From assembly GCA_020891255.1 (NCBI GenBank), contig BQFW01000008.1, positions 2,790,001-2,854,000 of the forward strand: a DNA stretch of 64,000 nucleotides. The letters are read 5' to 3'. The position numbers and the translations under genes are program-made. This stretch comes from Entomortierella parvispora E1425. Taxonomy: Eukaryota > Fungi > Mortierellomycota. Positions within the stretch are counted from its first letter, which is position 1. Every line of letters begins with the position of its first letter. Shown piece after piece: positions 49,701 through 61,954 of the stretch. The notes below the pieces were generated by a model. The model had not been told where the DNA came from. It did not search any database and was given only the letters and a program-made list of their open reading frames with translations.

Positions 49701-51313
49701 ATGGTACATGCTTCTTACTACTCGCACTGTCCTTCGTTTGGAATGTAACTGGACCGAGGACATGTGCAGCTAGACTAACCTTCACTTACATTCTTGCATT
49801 CCATTGTTAGTCTGGAAGGAACATTCTCCAGCCCGATACCCTCACGTACAAGAGCACGGTCTTTGACTTTGACTTTCACCCAACAGAAGACATCATCGCC
49901 ACTGGACTTATCACCGGACACATCAACTGGTATGATACTACTTTTTCTGGTCCTTCCTGGCGATCTATCTCTGCGTGAACTCGAGTGTATTAGGAGGACT
50001 GACCATCTATACTTCTTTTTGCATTTTTTTTTCAGCGTAAGATACAACCCTGGAGTTGGAAACAACGAGGAGGTTTGGAGTGTGCGTCCTTCCAAAAAGT
50101 CCTGCAGAGGATTGGCTTTCAGTCACGATGGAGCTGGTATGTGAAACTAGCTTTTGGGAAGAATAGACACGATTATAACCAGATGGATCCAAAAGGGTAG
50201 TGGTCTGACCCAATGCTATATTATATAGGACTCTTTACCGTCTCAAAGGATGGAGCCATTGGAGCATTGGATGTGAACACCGGAAGTGTATTAATCAAGA
50301 AGCCCGACGCGCACGAGTAAGAAGAGAGCGATTTTTCAAGAAATGGAAATCACGAACGTGGATCAGATACGGAGCACGTCCCTAACCCATGCTGCCCTTT
50401 TGTCTCTTATAGCCATCCTATCAACACTATCAAACTACTTACAGAGAATATTCTTGCAACGGGAGACGACGGTGGAACGATCAAGCTTTGGGATGTTAGA
50501 ACTGGATCGGAGACGATGGAATACACCGAGCACGATGACTTTATCTCTGGACTCGATTATGATCCTACTTCCAAGGTCATGGTTGCATCCAGTGGTCAGG
50601 GCACTATCTCGATCTACGATATCCGTAAACCCAAGATGCTCGCCATGTCAGCCAACCAGGACGATGAATTGCTCTCGATCTGCATCGTCAAGGATACTCG
50701 CAAGGTTGTGGTCGGATCTCAGGAGGGTGTCTTGAACATTTACTCTTGGGGTGATTGGGGTGATTGCACGGATCGATTCATTGGACACCCTAATTCGATT
50801 GATACCATTTGCAAGATTGACGAGGACACTGTTGCCACTGGATCCAGCGATGGCATCATCAGGTAGGATACAAGAAATCATGACATTTATCGCTGCACTG
50901 CAAGATTTACTGACGTGTGGCTATTACATTCTCCATCTAGAATTATCGATATCCTGCCCAACAAGTTCCAGGGAATTGTTGGCGAGCATGAGGACTTCCC
51001 TATCGAGTGCATCAAAATGTCGCGCGACAAGACCTATTTGGCCAGTTGTTCTCATGACGAAACTGTTCGGTTCTGGGATGTTCGTTATTTGACCAGCGAG
51101 CGTGAGGAGATTGAGGATGACTCTGAGGAGGCGCAGGAGATGACAGGCGACAACCAGAAAGACAGCGATGACGAGAAGGAAGCTACGGAGGAGCAAAGTG
51201 GTGAGATGGACGTTGACTCGGACGACTCGGACGCACCAAAAAAGAAGAATAACAGACGTCCCAAGAAACAGGCTCCTGCTGCCAGTAACCCAGGATTCTT
51301 TGATGATCTGTAG
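49701..51313 (+). CDS. JIP5: WD40 protein JIP5/WDR55-like, multi-exon, ATG-only first exon
   Basis: 'VFDFDFHPTEDIIATGLITG', 'EHDDFISGL', 'NQDDELLS', 'GSQEGVLNIYSWGDWGDCTDRFIGHPNSID', acidic tail ending 'FFDDL'. Confidence 0.8.
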
Positions 51314-51439
51314 AGCAATAACAAGTCGAAATTTCTCATGTTCATAAAACATTTCATTCAAACAGGCCTGTCCCTCATGTCTTAAAGTTCTGAACGCCGC
51401 TCAGTGCTATGTACGCAGGCGATCCTGGGCCTTCTTGTG

Positions 51440-51760
51440 GACCTGTTTGAGGCTGATTCTCCATTCAGGGATCCATCTCGTCCAACTGGATGTGTATGCC
51501 ATGCCTTTGGACACGCTGTTTGAAGAGTTTAATCAAGGACATGTATAATGGCTTGCACGCACTTAAAACGCTTCACGGTTCAAAAAATGATTTGGTCAAA
51601 GCAGGAGGGTCCAAATCAATGGCTACAAGAACAACTGGAATCGCTCCAGGAATTGCAAGTCCTCAAGTTGGAGAACTATTATTTGCAGGAGCACTGTCAG
51701 GACGAATATGAGTTGATCGTTCTTGGACGCTCCGATTTCAAGAGGGACCCGAAACTGTGA
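51440..51760 (+). pseudogene. Relic of an F-box/LRR gene C-terminus
   Basis: Frameshifted pieces 'HLVQLDVYAMPLDTLFEE' and '(W)ACTHLKRFTVQKMIWS..QLESLQELQVLKL' resemble the 'LDMDALFEE..WACVGLQTFRV..LVWP' region of neighbouring F-box proteins. Confidence 0.45.
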
Positions 51761-52091
51761 TCGATGGTCAATACTTGGCCTCATATGCAGCATTATGTGA
51801 TTGCCAGACCCAGGATCTTGGCCTGGCCTGTAAGGCGCCCGAGTGCGAGATAGATCCCTGGTCGGGTAGCGCAGCAGTTGCTCAGCCCTGGCCTTTTTGA
51901 AGGTTTGCTCAACCAACAGTACGTCGCAAAAAAAGGAGGTTACGAATTAGCTTCATAGATGGGGTGGCTCTCTTCTGCACATGCAGATCCATCTTCTTTC
52001 TCTTCCCCAAAAGTGTGTGCGTTGGAATGAAACAGGAGACGCCTCGCCACCATTCTCTCCTTCTGGGGGACGTGCTGCGATGTTGTTATTT

Positions 52092-52112
52092 TTTGCCACC
52101 GATTTTGCCACC
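52092..52112. promoter_or_regulatory. Two TTTGCCACC (reverse complement GGTGGCAAA) motifs upstream of F-box B
   Basis: At 52092 and 52104, about 113-133 bp upstream of ATG 52225. Confidence 0.55.
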
Positions 52113-52224
52113 ATCCTCCTTTTTTGTGTGCTCCAGTTCTTTTTTTTTTTCAAAATTCTCCCCACTCAGCCCTCACTCCTCCATTTTCTAGTCAAAACGT
52201 CCCTCAATCATCTAGTACTATACA

Positions 52225-53697
52225 ATGGAACTTCCGAACGAAATTTGGTGGAAGGTCGCCCAATATTTCACTCTGAATGACAAGGCTGTCAGCGTCCTCG
52301 TTTGCAAAAGCTGGAACCAGATCTTCATCACTCAGCTTTACGAAGCAATTGACCTCCGACCCCAAAAGAAGGATCAAAAGGAGAAAGAAGGGACCCCTCA
52401 TCAGGAAGATTCGATAGCGACGTCCTCAACAACTAACAGCAACAGTGACAAGTCTGATGAACCAAAGTCCATGTCAATGACAACGATTCAAAAGTACGGC
52501 CATCTCGTCCGAGAACTCAAGATTTGTGTTGCGAGCCCGTACCTCCGCGAGCTCCCTCCATCCGTTAATGGTCTCTTGCTCTTGCATCTTGAGTCACCAC
52601 CAGGGGAGGAGGATGTAGTCTATGATTCCTTGGACCGAAGAGGTCTCGCACGTCTATTGATCACCAATCCCCAGATCCAACACATCTTCTTTGACAAACT
52701 CATGTACAAAGGTGCCTACAAGCTCTTCCGACAAGTGGCCAAATGCTGCCAACAACTCGAGTCCCTTGAGGTCCTCAACTCATTTTTCAAACTGAAGGAT
52801 ATGCAGTCGGTCATCCAGAAGAACCCACATCTCAGCTTATTGGCCATAACCAACGTTAATCAGTACTGTTGCTTCTCTACACCGACTCCTAAAGCATGGC
52901 AGGAACCGTTTCCCCGGCTAGGCGCCTTGACACTCAGTCTTTTTTTAGACGAAAATGTCAAATCTTTGGGACCGGATGAGTATGTGCAGTTGATGTGCTC
53001 CATCCCCATCATCCAGTTGAAGGTCGTTGACTATATGTACGAAGAAAATGAGTTGACAGACGCTCTCCATGCCTGGCCTAATGTCCAGAACCTCATTTTG
53101 TGGTGTTCAGGCTTTGGCCCCCGATCCATGAGTGCTCTTGGAAAACACTTTGATCATCTCCATACACTGGATTTGGTCAACAGCGTAGAATTTCTGACGT
53201 GGATGTGTGAGGTCGTTTTGGCTGCCTGCCCAAACCTGGTCGACCTTGGACTGTGCTTTGTGGACCTGAGCATGCTTTTGGAGGAAGTAATAGAAGATGG
53301 GAAAGAACCTGGGGTCGTGAGTGTGATGAAGTTATTGAACATCAAGGTTGACAATGTCCGCGTTCAAAGCTGGGCTTGCACTCGTCTTCAAAGGTTCCGG
53401 GCCGCGAGCCTGGTCTGGCCCGGACCCATCGAGATGCGAAAGAGGGCCATGAACCAGTTTTTGGCGCTGAAGCATCTCAAGCATCTCCAGTTTGAAGAAG
53501 TGATTGTCCTTACCGAGAGATCTTCTGGGAGTGGAAGCGATGCCAAGATTTTTTGGAAGGAAGGCGACTTTGAACGAAGGGAGATCGAGCAGGATATGGA
53601 AACAAAATGGATGACCGAAGCTTGGCCAGACCTACAAACCTTTCGCATGATGGCCAGATCCTTTGATACTGTCATGACTCATGGCATAGATGACTAA
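52225..53697 (+). CDS. F-box / RNI-like LRR protein (paralog B), 490 aa
   Basis: 'MELPNEIWWKVAQYFTLNDKAVSVLVCKSWNQIF'; single exon. Confidence 0.92.
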   Translation: MELPNEIWWKVAQYFTLNDKAVSVLVCKSWNQIFITQLYEAIDLRPQKKDQKEKEGTPHQEDSIATSSTTNSNSDKSDEPKSMSMTTIQKYGHLVRELKICVASPYLRELPPSVNGLLLLHLESPPGEEDVVYDSLDRRGLARLLITNPQIQHIFFDKLMYKGAYKLFRQVAKCCQQLESLEVLNSFFKLKDMQSVIQKNPHLSLLAITNVNQYCCFSTPTPKAWQEPFPRLGALTLSLFLDENVKSLGPDEYVQLMCSIPIIQLKVVDYMYEENELTDALHAWPNVQNLILWCSGFGPRSMSALGKHFDHLHTLDLVNSVEFLTWMCEVVLAACPNLVDLGLCFVDLSMLLEEVIEDGKEPGVVSVMKLLNIKVDNVRVQSWACTRLQRFRAASLVWPGPIEMRKRAMNQFLALKHLKHLQFEEVIVLTERSSGSGSDAKIFWKEGDFERREIEQDMETKWMTEAWPDLQTFRMMARSFDTVMTHGIDD

Positions 53698-54018
53698 ACC
53701 TTTTGTACTTCCTTTCCCCACGGCAGTGCCCCTCGAGTGCGTGAACATACACAAATAGAAGTTGGTTTCCTTTTATTTCTCATCCCAAACTCTAGTACAT
53801 GTGCGCCTTATCGACCTGTATATAAAGACCCGTTTGTTAGAGTTCAGTGGGCTCACTCCGGAGTGCTACACTTCGTTCTTGGGTTGACGCCTTGGTGGTT
53901 CGAGCGGGGATAGTCACATCTTCTTGAGTTATCGCTTCAGTTAACAGCCCATGGGCCTACGGTTATTTCCTTGTTCAAGGGTGCACCGCCATGCTGTGGA
54001 ATCGTCATTCGACATTTT

Positions 54019-54051
54019 TTTGCCACCGCTTTTTCCGTCAACTTTGCCACC
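54019..54051. promoter_or_regulatory. Two TTTGCCACC motifs upstream of F-box C
   Basis: At 54019 and 54043, about 129-161 bp upstream of ATG 54180. Confidence 0.55.
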
Positions 54052-54179
54052 ATCTTTGTTTTTTTTTTGTGCTCTCTTGTTCTTTCTCTTTTCTTTTTTT
54101 TCCCTCCCACAAATCTCTCACCGCGCCATCCGCACTTTGCATCTCCATTCCGCCCATCGCCTCTCCCGATATTCACATA

Positions 54180-55652
54180 ATGAACCTCCCTGCCGAGATT
54201 TGGTGGGAGATCGCTCGAGATATCTCTTTGAAGGACAAGGCTTCCAGCGTCCTGGTATGCAAAAGCTGGAATCAGATCTTCATCACCCAGCTTTACCAAG
54301 CAATTGACCTCCGACACCAGAAGAGGGACCAAGGGAAGAAAGAAGAGACCCCACTGCAGGATGATTCTCCTGTAATGTCAGCGACGACCGACAGTAACAG
54401 TAGTACATCTGACGAGACAATGCCCGTATCAATGGCGACAATTAGAAAGTACAGTCATCTCATCCGAGAACTCAAGCTCTGCGTGGCTAGCCCTTACCTT
54501 CGTGAGCTCCCTCGATCCGTCAACAGTCTCTTGCGCTTGCATCTCGAGTCCCCTCCAGGGGAGAAGGATGTAGTCTATGACTCCTTAGATCGAAAAGGAC
54601 TCGCGCGTCTATTATCCTACAATCAAAAGATCCAGCACATCACCTTCAACCGACTCGCGTACCGAGGTGCGCACAAGCTCTTCTACCAAGTCTCTGCATT
54701 TTGCCAGCGACTCCAAACGTTGGAGGTGACCGATTCCTTTCTCAGATTTGTGGATTTGCCCTCGATCATCCAAAAGAACCCAAACCTCAACCGGCTGGCT
54801 TTCAGCAACGGCTATGAGCGCTATTGCCTTTATACCCCGATACCCAAACCATGGCAAGGACCTTTACCGCGGCTGAGCGCTTTGACGTTTGGCCGCACAA
54901 GCCGTACTGTCAGAACGCTGACGTCGAGTCAAGTCAACTCGCTGCTCCATTCCATCCCTGTTGCTCAGCTGAAGGTCACCGAACGCCACATCTCCGAAAG
55001 GGCGATGACAAAGATTCTCGATTCATTGCCAATGGCTACCAAACTCAATCTGAACTGCTCAGGGTTTGGCACGCAGTCCATGAGTGCTCTTGGTCGATTC
55101 TTTAATAGTCTGACTACCCTGGATTTGACCCGTAGTATTCGACTCATGAACTGGATGAACGAGGTCATTTTGGCTGCGTGCCCACAGTTGGTCGACCTCG
55201 GGATATCGGATCTCGACCTGGATGGACTTTTCGAGGTGGAGAGGCGAGAAGGAAAAGAAGCCGCTGTTGTAACTGTGATGAAGCACTTGAACATCAACAT
55301 TGACAACGTCAGTCTTTATAGCTGGGCATGTGTTGGCCTCCAAAGGTTCAGAGTTACGAGCCTTGTCTGGCCCATGACCCTTGATAGGCAGATGTTGGCC
55401 GTGAGCCATCTGTTGGCCCTCAAACGCCTCAAGCACCTTCAGTTTGAAGAAGTGACCCTTTTGCGCAATCGATATTGCGGGAGTGAAAGTGATCCCAAAA
55501 TCTGTTGGAAAGAAGGTGATTTTGGACGTCGGAAGCTCGACCAAGATTCGGAAACAAAGTGGATGACTGAGGCATGGCCCGACCTACGGAGCTTTCGCAT
55601 GATGACCAAGTCCTTTAGTACGGTTACATCTCACATTTTAGACTCTACATAA
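54180..55652 (+). CDS. F-box / RNI-like LRR protein (paralog C), 490 aa, tandem duplicate of B
   Basis: 'MNLPAEIWWEIARDISLKDKASSVLVCKSWNQIF'; same length as B; upstream region also similar. Confidence 0.92.
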   Translation: MNLPAEIWWEIARDISLKDKASSVLVCKSWNQIFITQLYQAIDLRHQKRDQGKKEETPLQDDSPVMSATTDSNSSTSDETMPVSMATIRKYSHLIRELKLCVASPYLRELPRSVNSLLRLHLESPPGEKDVVYDSLDRKGLARLLSYNQKIQHITFNRLAYRGAHKLFYQVSAFCQRLQTLEVTDSFLRFVDLPSIIQKNPNLNRLAFSNGYERYCLYTPIPKPWQGPLPRLSALTFGRTSRTVRTLTSSQVNSLLHSIPVAQLKVTERHISERAMTKILDSLPMATKLNLNCSGFGTQSMSALGRFFNSLTTLDLTRSIRLMNWMNEVILAACPQLVDLGISDLDLDGLFEVERREGKEAAVVTVMKHLNINIDNVSLYSWACVGLQRFRVTSLVWPMTLDRQMLAVSHLLALKRLKHLQFEEVTLLRNRYCGSESDPKICWKEGDFGRRKLDQDSETKWMTEAWPDLRSFRMMTKSFSTVTSHILDST

Positions 55653-55946
55653 CTAAGATCTCGCAAGACCCTTTCTCGTTTCAATCGCATACGCGTTCAT
55701 GAAGTGAGCTCGAACAATCCCTTCTTTTTTTTTTTTTTTTTTTAATATCAATGAAGGTGGGGCGACAGTGCAGGGAGAAATGGGACCCAAAGCTGAGCAT
55801 CGGACTGTTGTTCCTGGTGAGACGCCATGCAAGATCGAGAAAGGCAAAGCAACTTTTTTTTTTTTATTGGAAATCCTTCACACGGCTCAAGCTGCCCTCT
55901 CTCTCTTTCCTATTCCCTCACCCTGCACACCCAGCTCCACAGCAGC

Positions 55947-56705
55947 ATGGTCCACTTCAAATTCATCACTGACGCTGCTGTTTCCGCTCAGGCCTTTGTC
56001 TCTAATGTGGACCTTAAACCCTTCACCGACACGGTCGCCTCTACACAAACCTTTGTGTCTAAAGTTGACCTCAAGCCCTTCACGGACACCGTTGCCGCCG
56101 CTCAGCCCTTTGTCCCCATCATTGACCTCAAACCCCTCACCAGCCCTGTCGCTTCTGCCCAAGCTTTTGTTTCCAAAGCTGACCTCAAACCATTCCACGA
56201 TTCTGTCACCAATGCCGTCTCTAATGTGGACCTCAAATCCCTCAACTATGTGGCCTCTGTCAAAACCTATGTCTCCAATGTTGACCTCAGGCCCGTTACC
56301 GACGCCGCGACCTCTGCTCACACCTATGTCACCAACAATGTGGACAAGAAAACGGCCAAATACATCGCCGCTGGTGTCGCCGGAGCGGTGGCGGCCCCAA
56401 TCCTGGTGACCGGTGTCGTCTCTATGGCAGGATTCTCTTCTCCAGGGATTGTGTCTGGTTCGTTGGGGTCCGGCTATATGGCATCTTATGGAGGTGCGGT
56501 CGCAGCTGGTTCGAGTTGTGCTATTTTGCAGTCCATAGGGGCAGCCGGTCTAGGAACTGCAGGAACGTTGATGGTCAGCGTTGTCGGCGGTGCTGCTGCC
56601 GTCGGTGGTGTTGCTATTGCTGATGCTTCTACTCGAGCAGCTCCTGTATCAAAAACGTCTGGTCCATCCGGCGAGGCCAAGATTAAAGTCCTCTGTCGGC
56701 TGTAG
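55947..56705 (+). CDS. IFI6/IFI27 (ISG12-motif) family protein with about six N-terminal 19-aa repeats
   Basis: C-terminal 'MAGFSSPGIVSGSLGSGYMASYGGAVAAGSSCAILQSIGAAG' matches the ISG12 motif; repeats of type 'VSNVDLKPFTDTVASTQTF' (57 bp). Confidence 0.75.
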   Translation: MVHFKFITDAAVSAQAFVSNVDLKPFTDTVASTQTFVSKVDLKPFTDTVAAAQPFVPIIDLKPLTSPVASAQAFVSKADLKPFHDSVTNAVSNVDLKSLNYVASVKTYVSNVDLRPVTDAATSAHTYVTNNVDKKTAKYIAAGVAGAVAAPILVTGVVSMAGFSSPGIVSGSLGSGYMASYGGAVAAGSSCAILQSIGAAGLGTAGTLMVSVVGGAAAVGGVAIADASTRAAPVSKTSGPSGEAKIKVLCRL

Positions 56706-56815
56706 AATCAAAAAGAGCTCCCTTCAGCAAGAGTCTGTTTCCTGGGCCCCCTTCCTAGACAGACATCTTGTTCAGTTCTACGAAGGAAAGAGGTGACCAA
56801 AAAAATAAAAAAAAT

Positions 56816-56851
<36 letters not shown>

Positions 56852-57149
56852 CAGAAAACCGAAAGCATGCGAAAGGTGTATTGCAGAAGGATAAGAAAGG
56901 CGAGAAGCTTGGCCAGACAGAAGATAGAGACGTTCAATGAGACTAAGTTCAGCCACACCGAACTCTCTTCTTTACCCTTGGTCGCTCAATGATTAAACAG
57001 AGAAGATAGTCAAGTAAAGTACCTTCAGGTTTCAGGGGCCATTGAGTACGACCAAGGGCGAGGAGGATCGGTAATGATAGAGTTGGTTACCTTGCGAGTC
57101 GTTGTTAACATGTTGGACCGTGGTCGGATCACTTTATGCGTCGTGAGTC

Positions 57150-57345
57150 GGGCTGAAATCTGGCCGAAGTTGCTGAAATCTGGCTGAGGAGGCTGGAAAT
57201 GGGCCGAAATTGCTGAAAGCTGGCTGGCGGAGTTGGAAATGTGCTGAAATCTGGCTGAAAGCCGGCCGTGAGGCTGCAGGTGCTGAAAATGTGCTGAAAT
57301 CTGGCTGGAATCAGGCTGGAATCAGGCTGGAATCAGGCTGCGGGG
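57150..57345. repeat. Degenerate short-period repeat island (GCTGAAAT(C/G)TG and GGCTGGAATCA units)
   Basis: About 15 copies of GCTG(A/G)AA within about 200 bp, including (ctggaatcagg)x3. Confidence 0.75.
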
Positions 57346-57792
57346 CTGGAAATTATGAGGTACTTGAGCTGTGGAGCAATGAAAATGTGCTGGAATTGGG
57401 CAGCGTGCGGAAGGCGCGATGAATTGAAGTCGGAAAAGTGGCCACCATCGTCCCTTTGGGATTTCTTCATCCTATGACTCCCTGCCCGGTGTGGGGGGTC
57501 GCGATGCTTTCATCAGTTACGAGTGAGGTCAATCCTGATTGTAGCTTTGTGTGGCAAATGGCCTTCTTACATCCACGCACAAGGATACTTGCTATGATCA
57601 TGTCAGTCCAAGCTGAACTCCTTGGCTTCCCTTCTCTCCTTCAGCAATGAATCAACATAAGTAGGATTCACATACCCCAGTCAACCCAGGTAATAAAAAA
57701 AAAGCTATGTTTATTAAACAAACGCGCAAATATGTCTCATCAAAACCAGAAATGAAAAGTGTGTCCGTCTCCCAAAAACTTGGGTTCAACGA

Positions 57793-59679
57793 CTATTGCT
57801 CCTTGGGCGACCCCTCGAATTTCTTGACAACAAGCTTCATGCCTGGGTTAGGTCTCCAGGTGACACGGGCTTGCTTCTTGAATTTGAATCCTGGAGCTGG
57901 GTGGTACTCCAGGTTGCAGAGGAGATAGTACAACAAGATCTTGGTCTCCATGGTCGCAAACTTGCTTCCGATACAGTTCCTGGGACCTGTCAAGAAGGGT
58001 TGGTAAGCCCACGTCATGTCACTCGTCACAAAGGTGGTCTTTGCTGCCAATTCGGGATCTTGGGCCGCAACAACTGCAGGATCCATCCATCGCTCGGGCT
58101 TGAACTCCCCAGCGTCTTCGCCGAAGACTGACTCCAACTTGTGCATCGCGGCAGCGGAGAGGAAGACCTCTGTTCCCTTGGGGATCTCATAACCGAGGAT
58201 GACGTCGTCCTCCACATTCATTCGCGACGTTGTGGGGACCGGTGGGATATAGCGCAAGAGCTCCTTGACACAAGCTGCCAGGTAAGGCAGGTTGTTCATA
58301 GTGTCATAGTTCAACGGCGTTGATGTCTCTCCAGGGCGACCAATCTCTCTCAAAAATTCTTCACGAACTTTTCTCTGCACGTCCTGGTGAAGGGAAAAGA
58401 CATGGAGCATCCAGGTGACTGTGACAGAGGTCGTCTCATGACCAGCAGCCAAGAAGGTCAGGATCTGAGCCTGCAGCTCCTTGTTGGTCAACTTGCCATC
58501 CTCAAGTGAGCCCACTTGTTCGTTACCGCGGATCAAGATACTCATCAGATCCTTGCCTTTGTTGGCATCCTCCTCCTCCTCATCCTTGGATGAAGTAGAG
58601 GCATTGGCTTCGACCAACTTTTCTTGGATCATACGAGAGGTGGCCCGATCGATGGATTTGATGGCGTGAAGACGACGACGGTTGTGCTCAAACGGAATGT
58701 ACACATAATAAGGGATGAAGATTCGCAAGAGTTGGATCCGAGTCGTCGTGGTATCAAAGAGCTCCTGGTAAGCCAGACTCAGCTCATTCGTTGGGTCTGT
58801 CAGGGCATTGAACTCATAGCCAAAACCTAAAGGAGATGAATGAATAGAAAGCACGGACCCAAGTTAGAAAGAAGTCAGCGCGTCCGGAGGTACGGACGTG
58901 GTAAAAATGAAGGAAACGTGCTGACTTTGGGATTTCCATTTCCGGTGCACAAATCCCGGCTAAACTACGCCCCTTTTTTCCTTCCCTTTTTTTTTTTGTT
59001 CACGTTTCCGTGATCCCCACAGCCTTTCATTCTTTTTACCTGCTAGTCCAATAATATCAAGCGTAGCATGATTCAAATCTGGGCAAACGTCGAACTCGGC
59101 CCCACTTTCTCCGTGGGCCGCCGCTCGCTCCTCCCAGATGCGGCCCAATGTCTTGGCAGGAAGTGACATGACAGGGACCATTTCCTTGATGTGCTTGTGA
59201 GAAAAGGCCGGGTTCAGCATCTTTCTCTGCTTCTTATGGGCATCTCCCTCCGCCAACAGGACACCTTTGCCAATGACGGCCGACAGGATCTGGATCACTC
59301 GTCCAGGCTTGGTGTAGTTGTACGAGTTTGTGTTGAATACATGCTGAATCGCCTTGGGATCAGCGATCAAGATACGCTGACGGCCAAAGAAGCCTCGATA
59401 GCGAACGATGCCTCCATACTCTTCGATCCACCGGCGATGCGGGACACCAGCTTCTTCTGCCAAAATGTCGAGCATGTTGCCAACCCAGGGAAGGTGGTAC
59501 TTGTTGTACTTGGAGGCATTGGGTGGACCAGGAATGTGGAGGAGAGGGGAAAGGAAGCTTGGATAAATGTAGGTCTTGTAGACGATGTAAGAACTCAAGA
59601 GAGCAACGATGGTACCAAGAGTCGAAAGCGGGTCCAAGTGAGCAGCCGCGGTATTCAGAAGAGTGGATGCCAAGGGCAT
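57793..59679 (-). CDS. Cytochrome P450, 2 exons (59679-59040, 58826-57793)
   Basis: I-helix AAGHETTS, K-helix KELLR, PERW, heme motif FLTGPRNCIG, N-terminal membrane anchor. Confidence 0.95.
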
Positions 59680-60552
59680 GGTGATGTTTGATGAGGGGGA
59701 GGGTAGTTTGGAGTTACTGTTCGTATGCCTGCTACAGACGTTGAGGGCAAGAGGGCTTATGGAATGAGTGAACAAAATGTAATAAGAAATGGAGTGATGG
59801 AGTGACGAGTCTGAATGAGGAAAGATTGGTCCGGAGGAAAAGAGCTACTGTAAAAAGAAGTTGTGCAGTGCAGAAGACGTAAAGAGTTGAGAGCACCGAT
59901 CAGAAAAAAGCTACAGCAACAATGGCTCGGCTCGTGAACAAGGAGGGAAAGTGACGAAAAAGGGGTCCTGGTTGAAGTGAAGTTGTTTGTGATGTTGGTG
60001 CTTGTTGATTGACTTTGTTGTTAAAACCGCTGCCCCCACCCAGCTCCTTTTATATGAGAGCGAGAGTCGACATCTTCCCCATGATGTGGCCTTACCCACC
60101 AAATGTCCTGTGGGAAAGAAGACGGCGGATCTCAAATATTACGTACCTTGTACTGAATACGATCATGATCGGCCGTGTTGATAGAGATGCAAACGCGTCG
60201 TCCAACCAGTATTCTGTGCTCCTTTTGGAACGTCGCGATCGAGAAATGTCATTCATGCAGCCCAAATCTGTAAAGCCTCCAGTCAAGGACATTTAGGCTG
60301 ACTACAACATAACCCACAGGGTGCACGGTCTCCGGATGAACTCAGCCGCGGCATCCCGCAATACCCCAATTGGCAAGGATCTTCAATTGCTTGCCATAAT
60401 GACCACATATCTCCAAAAATACAAATGCAACCCCACAGCCACAATTGCAGCCACAAAACATGAGACCAATTGCTTCTGATGCACTGAACAGAACTTCAAT
60501 AAATTGATTGTTTTCAAAGTGAACGAGCACGGAGGATCTATCGTTGCTACAT

Positions 60553-61954
60553 TTACTTCTTGGCAACAGCAGCCTTGGCCTTCTTGGTGCCACGGAGCTT
60601 CTTGCTGCGGTTCTTGCGCTCCTTGCGCTGCTTGCGGGAAGCCTTCTTGATCTCCATAAGACCGTGCTATAAGATTAAGAAAGAAGATAACAATCAGTCA
60701 GCGGCACTACTTTCAATAGCTCCGGGTGAATATCTCATTCTCCCCGAGGAGCCAAGAAACCCCTCTAACAGCCCATTCCCATGAGATTTCTCGTTGCATC
60801 GTAACGTTCTCACTACTTTCTATCCAGCCTCTTGAACACACACACGCCCTTATCTGAGAACTACCGTTCTTCCATTGATCACATATATCATTTCTTCCTG
60901 GCCTTGTCCTGCTCCTGATAACCCATAGCTCCTATCCAATGCTGTATGTTCAACGATCCGAAATACATACACGAACGAGGCGGTACTTGGGCTCGAACTT
61001 CTTGGCAGACTCCAAGTTGTCGTAGATCAAAGCAAAGCCGGTGGACTTTCCGCCTCCGAAAGCGGTACGGAAACCGAAGCAGAAGACGACCTCCTTGTCG
61101 ACCTTGTACATCTTGGCGAGCTTCTCGCGGAGCTCATCCTTGGAGATGTTGGCGCGAGCGGGGTGGATGATATCCACGACCTGTTGAAAGAGAAAATAAG
61201 GGGCGAAAAGATGGGTCCAAGTCAGCGGGTTTGCGTCTCATGCGAAGATCGCCCTTGAAGTAATGACTCTTTCCATTATATGTTCCGTGTTTGCGATCCA
61301 GCCAGAGAAAGACGATTCCATGTTATTGGATCAGGGATTGAGCGAAATGAAGTAATCGCTTCAGTCGCTTCAGTCATTCTTGGGTACTCGGGCATTGAGG
61401 CTCCAAGGATGAAATGTGCCATCGTGAGGATTATGATTGATGATGCCGGCTCCTGCAGTTCTTCTAGCTGTCGAGTTCCTGTTGTGTTCTTTTTTGTTGG
61501 TCGATTCGTCTTACCATTTGCTTTCTGGCCAAAAGGCGGTTGGTCAAGAACTTGCGGGTTCTGATAGTAGCAGTGGAATCAGCCTAGTAATCGCAATCGA
61601 GAGACAGAACAGAGCACAGGCAATGGTCAGTTGACGGCATTCTCTTTCCGGTTCTTTGAATTGGGATTGGATGCTGAGGTGAGTGGACAAGTCAAGGTCG
61701 GTCCATGTCCAGATGTAAGTGATGTCGCCATGATGGATGATTCCCCGCCCATGATAAATGCATCGTCCTTCGAATTTGCTTCCCGTAACGCCGCCAGTGC
61801 TAGTTTCCACATGGTCCGTTGTACATTGTCGTTTTGGAGTTAGGACCATGATGATGCTATGCATTAATTCCATGCCGCAATGCGGGCACGGGTCCTCCTG
61901 GAGGCTGAAATCCGGTCTGACGCATCCTGCATGACGATGCCACAGACAAACCAT
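60553..61954 (-). CDS. RPS24: 40S ribosomal protein eS24, 4 exons
   Basis: '[23 protein letters not shown]' (61583-61515), '[48 protein letters not shown]', '[20 protein letters not shown]'. The ATG-only exon at 61954-61952 (donor GTTTGT) is the least certain part. Confidence 0.93.

Noticed and set aside
49701-49703. ATG-only first exons in JIP5 and RPS24
   Set aside because: A common feature of fungal housekeeping genes and not novel.
60668-61514. Possible snoRNAs in RPS24 introns
   Set aside because: No convincing RTGATGA...CTGA pair with a terminal stem or an H/ACA structure was found by eye; a covariance-model search would be needed.
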